From assembly GCA_963809595.1 (NCBI GenBank), contig CAWEKG010000002.1, positions 371,845 to 435,844 of the forward strand: a stretch of 64,000 bases of DNA, read 5' to 3'. Below, piece after piece: positions 60,724 through 64,000 of this stretch (positions are counted from its first letter, which is position 1; every line of letters begins with the position of its first letter). The position numbers and the translations under genes were made by a program. The notes beneath the pieces were generated by a model. It was not told the origin of the DNA and did not search any database. It saw only the letters and a program-made list of their open reading frames with translations. Source of the DNA: an uncultured Chloroflexia bacterium (GTDB lineage: Bacteria; Chloroflexota; Limnocylindria; Limnocylindrales; CSP1-4).

Positions 60724-60879
60724 ACAACGAAACGCCCGAAGGAACCACTCGGTCCGTCGGTCCGTCTCCGCCGATGCAAGCACCTGCGACTCGGTCTCCG
60801 GCGAGCCCCGGTCCGTAGCTTTCGCCGCTGATGCAAGCACCTGCGACGCCGCTCTCGGTCCGTCATGGCCCCTTCGGGC
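60724..60879 (-). ncRNA. Putative structured sRNA, long form, copy 2
   Basis: Identical to 59996-60151. Confidence 0.7.
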
Positions 60880-61018
60880 AAGACCTACAGTACGGCCCCG
60901 TCGTCGTCCCTGGCTACGGGGTTATCCACGAACTTGGGGTCCGCTCCGAGGAATCTGCGCTCGTTCTCCACGGTCCGTCCACGAGGCCGGGTCCGGGGAC
61001 TCGTTCGGGAGCTCGCGA

Positions 61019-61594
61019 TCAGGGCTCCAGGGGCCACTCGGCGGGTTCGAGCAGGATCGGCAGGCCACGCCGGTCGAGGACGAGGGGGGTCGCCGTTCCG
61101 GCGGCGGGGGGGTCGAAGGCCAGGTCCCAGGTCGAGACACCGGCTCTCGACACGAGGACCGCCACCGGCGCCGGGCGGAGGTCGCTCCCGATCCGGATCC
61201 CCTCGAGGCGGGCCCGGGCACCGGACCACAGCGCGGCCGCGGACGGCCCCATGACCGCGGCATCGACCACCGGCGATCGGTCCACCACGAGAAGATGGCT
61301 GTCCGACCAGGGGAAGGTGAGGTGACGGACCCCGGCGGTCGTGACCACGTTCCCGTGGAGGGTGGTGGCGTCGCCCGAAGGATGGACGGTCAGCAGACCG
61401 GCCCCGCTGGCGATCTCGAGTCGGCCGATCCGACCATCCGGGGCGAGCTCGAGCAGGAGCGATCGGACGACTCGTCCGCGCCGGGTCAGCAGCTCCCGCC
61501 AGCGCCGGCCGCGTCGCCCATCGGCGAGCGACCAGGTGACCGCCTCGCCGGTCGCCAGGCGGCCAGTGCCGGCCAATCGAAGGGGGTCGGCCAT
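61019..61594 (-). CDS. Hypothetical protein downstream of hflX
   Basis: ATG 8 nt after the hflX stop; MADPLR...WPLEP. Confidence 0.7.
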   Translation of the reverse strand: MADPLRLAGTGRLATGEAVTWSLADGRRGRRWRELLTRRGRVVRSLLLELAPDGRIGRLEIASGAGLLTVHPSGDATTLHGNVVTTAGVRHLTFPWSDSHLLVVDRSPVVDAAVMGPSAAALWSGARARLEGIRIGSDLRPAPVAVLVSRAGVSTWDLAFDPPAAGTATPLVLDRRGLPILLEPAEWPLEP

Positions 61595-61602
61595 CGGTCG
61601 GG

Positions 61603-62898
61603 TCAGACTTCCGCGGCGTGCCGGGCGACCGCCTCGAGCTCGCCGGCCAGCGCCGGAGCGACCCGGCCGCGGACATGGACACCGTCGCCGCGATAGTCGA
61701 TGTCGACCGACCCTCGCTCGCGGACCCGGGCCAGCAGGTCGCCGGCCGCGTAGGGCACGTCGACCTCGATGTCGACCCAGAGCGAGGAGAGGACGGCCGC
61801 CAGCTGGGTCCGGAGCGCGTCGAGGCCGAACCCCGTGACCGCGCTGATCGGGACCGTGCCCCCGACGATCGGTGTCGGTCGGTCGCCGTCGAGGGCGGCC
61901 GGGTCGACAAGATCGGTCTTGTTGCGGGCCACCAGCCGGGGCTTCTCGCCCGCGCCGAGCTCGTCGAGGACCGCCTGGACGGTGGCCCGGTGCTCCGTCG
62001 CGTGGGGGTCGGAGGCGTCGATGACTTCGAGAAGGACGTCGGCCCGGTTGACCTCCTCGAGGGTCGCTCGGAACGCGTCGACGAGCTGGTGCGGGAGCTT
62101 GTGGATGAACCCCACCGTGTCGGTCACGATCGCGGTCTGCCCGTCCCCCAGGCGGACCTGCCGGCTCGTCGGGTCGAGGGTGGCGAAGAGCTTGTCCTCG
62201 GCCAGCGCGACCTCGCTTCCGACGAGGGCGTTGAGGAGGGTCGACTTCCCGGCGTTGGTGTAGCCGACGATGCCGACCGTGGGCATCAGCCCGCGATCGC
62301 GCCCCCGGGCGGCGGTGGCCCGCTGCTGGCGGACCTGCTCCACCCGCTCCTTCATCTTCTTGATCCGCTCCCGGACGATCCGCCGGTCGGTTTCGAGCTG
62401 AGACTCGCCGGGGCCCCGGGTGCCGATCCCGCCGCCGGTCCGCGACAGGTGGGTCCACATCCGGGTGAGCCGCGGGAGCTGGTATTCGAGCTGGGCGAGC
62501 TCCACCTGGAGACGACCTTCGTGGGTCCGGGCGTGGAGGGCGAAGATGTCGAGGATGAGCCGGCTCCGGTCGATGACCTTGACCTTGAGCAGCTCTTCGA
62601 GGGCTCGCTGCTGGGCCGGTGAGAGCTCGTCGTCGGCGATGAGCACGTCGAAGCCGGTCTCGCTCTTCGCGGCGACCAGCTCGGCTGCCTTGCCCTTGCC
62701 CACGTACCAGTTCGGGTCGACGTGGCGTCGGTTCTGCCATTCGGCACCCACCACGTCGGCACCGGCGGTCAGGGCCAGGTTGGCCAGCTCGGCCAGGGAG
62801 TCCTGGGCGGTCCAGCCGTCCTCGGTGCCGGTGTCGACCGCGAGCAGGAAGGCCCGCTCGACGGGCGGAGCGAGATCGATGAGGTCGGAACGGGTCAT
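61603..62898 (-). CDS. hflX: GTPase HflX
   Basis: LQVELAQL, RGPGESQLETDRR, GYTNAGKST, LFATLD, DTVGF. Confidence 0.97.
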   Translation of the reverse strand: MTRSDLIDLAPPVERAFLLAVDTGTEDGWTAQDSLAELANLALTAGADVVGAEWQNRRHVDPNWYVGKGKAAELVAAKSETGFDVLIADDELSPAQQRALEELLKVKVIDRSRLILDIFALHARTHEGRLQVELAQLEYQLPRLTRMWTHLSRTGGGIGTRGPGESQLETDRRIVRERIKKMKERVEQVRQQRATAARGRDRGLMPTVGIVGYTNAGKSTLLNALVGSEVALAEDKLFATLDPTSRQVRLGDGQTAIVTDTVGFIHKLPHQLVDAFRATLEEVNRADVLLEVIDASDPHATEHRATVQAVLDELGAGEKPRLVARNKTDLVDPAALDGDRPTPIVGGTVPISAVTGFGLDALRTQLAAVLSSLWVDIEVDVPYAAGDLLARVRERGSVDIDYRGDGVHVRGRVAPALAGELEAVARHAAEV

Positions 62899-62963
62899 CT
62901 CCCGGGAAGGATACCCGCCCCGGACGGCGACCCCGCAGGCCCCCGCTGCGGAAGGAGCCGTCC

Positions 62964-63911
62964 TCAGCCCGCGGCGAGGAGCTCCTCGACGATCCGGAAG
63001 GCCGCCTCATCCGCGGGGCCGTCGGTGACGTCCAGCCAGGTCATCGCGGTCTCCCGGCGGAACCAGGTCGCCTGCCGTTTCGCGAACGCGACGTTGCGGT
63101 GGGTGTCGAGCGAGATCGCGCCCTCCAGACCGATACCGCCGTCGAGCACGGCCCAGGCTTCGCGATAGCCGATCGCCGAGAAGGCCGGCAGGCCGGGGTC
63201 GTAAAGGGCCCGGAGCGAGGCCGCTTCGTCGAGCAGACCGGCAGCGAACTGTGCCCGCGCCCGGGTCGCGAGCCAGGCCCGGTGGACGGTGGGGTCCACC
63301 CGAAGCCCGAGCCAGGCGATGGGGCCGGGGTACCCCCGGGGCTCCGGCATCGGGGCGTCGCCGAGTAGGGTCGCGATCTCGAGGGCGCGGACCACCCGGC
63401 GCGGGTTCTTCTGGTCGATGACGTCGGCGCGCCCGGGGACGATCGCCCGGAGCCGCTCGACCAGCGCGGGCAGGCCGTCCCGCTCGAGGTCGACCTCGAG
63501 GGTCGTGCGCAGGACCGAGTCGTGGGGCAGGGCGTCCACGTCCATGCCCTGTCCGACAGCCCGAAGATAGAGCCCGGTCCCGCCTACGAGCAGCCCGATA
63601 CGACCCTCGACCGCGAGACGGGCGAGCACCCGATCGATCTCTCGGACGAAGTCCGCCACGGTGAACGGCTGGTCCGGATCGACCAGGTCGAGACCGTGAT
63701 GGGGCACCCGCGCCCGCTCCCCCGGGGTGGCTTTGGCCGTCCCGATGTCGAGGCCCCGGTAGACCTGGCGCGAGTCGGCCGAGATGATCTCGGCGGTCAC
63801 ACCGCGCCCGGCGAGCCGCTCGGCCAGGCGGATGGCGAGACCGGTCTTGCCCGTCGCCGTCGCTCCGCCGATGACGACGAGGGGCGGTCGCGGTGCGGCG
63901 TCCGTGCTCAG
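62964..63911 (-). CDS. miaA: tRNA dimethylallyltransferase
   Basis: GATATGKT, SADSRQVY, DIGTAK, VGGTGLY, AIGY, AKRQATWF; probable CTG start. Confidence 0.95.
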   Translation of the reverse strand: MSTDAAPRPPLVVIGGATATGKTGLAIRLAERLAGRGVTAEIISADSRQVYRGLDIGTAKATPGERARVPHHGLDLVDPDQPFTVADFVREIDRVLARLAVEGRIGLLVGGTGLYLRAVGQGMDVDALPHDSVLRTTLEVDLERDGLPALVERLRAIVPGRADVIDQKNPRRVVRALEIATLLGDAPMPEPRGYPGPIAWLGLRVDPTVHRAWLATRARAQFAAGLLDEAASLRALYDPGLPAFSAIGYREAWAVLDGGIGLEGAISLDTHRNVAFAKRQATWFRRETAMTWLDVTDGPADEAAFRIVEELLAAG

Positions 63912-64000
63912 GACAGCCTGCCCCGGAGGGCGTACGGGCCAGCATGATCGACCCGGACCTCGACGAGCCGGCCGATGAGCGACGCCGGGCCTGTCAGGTG
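63908..64000 (-). CDS. miaB: C-terminal TRAM domain, probably MiaB (partial)
   Basis: LIGRLVEVRVDHAGPYALRG*, directly upstream of miaA. Confidence 0.7.
   Translation of the reverse strand, partial: HLTGPASLIGRLVEVRVDHAGPYALRGRLS

Noticed and set aside
60194-60983. DnaA-like boxes as oriC
   Set aside because: No AT-rich unwinding element, no dnaA/dnaN nearby, few imperfect boxes tied to promoters, and gene orientation converges nearby rather than diverging
59993-61110. Repeat cluster as CRISPR, IS/MITE or protein-coding
   Set aside because: No repeat-spacer periodicity, transposase or target-site duplication; terminal complementarity relies on G-U pairs on one strand; the overlapping ORFs lack coding character
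1-64000. E. coli-type KOPS (GGGNAGGG) polarity as proof of the terminus
   Set aside because: Several point toward 54 kb, but counter-oriented copies exist (for example near 1486, 9938, 56628, 63525); not decisive by eye

Overview
High-GC bacterial chromosomal segment. Gene style (leaderless TANNNT promoters, ECF41/ECF42 sigma factors, EXLDI protein, PPTDT-type C-terminal tail) suggests Chloroflexota or Actinomycetota; this assignment is inference. Core genes sit at both ends: rnj-ftsK-rodZ-cinA-murC-yajQ on + at left and miaB-miaA-hflX on - at right. Between them is a ~45 kb accessory block of transporters, hydrolases, ECF modules, class III nucleotide cyclases, a MazEF-type toxin-antitoxin pair and a TetM/OtrA-like ribosomal protection GTPase. 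Many genes, including murC, carry single-base frameshifts that look like long-read errors. The most notable non-coding signals are: (1) a tandem cluster of three modular structured small RNA genes at 59996-60879 (-), each with its own promoter and identically spaced DnaA-like boxes; (2) a dif-like XerC/XerD site at 54020-54047, near the switch in gene orientation; (3) an anti-Shine-Dalgarno-mimic/uORF leader upstream of the ribosomal protection gene. No rRNA, tRNA, CRISPR array or transposase was recognised.
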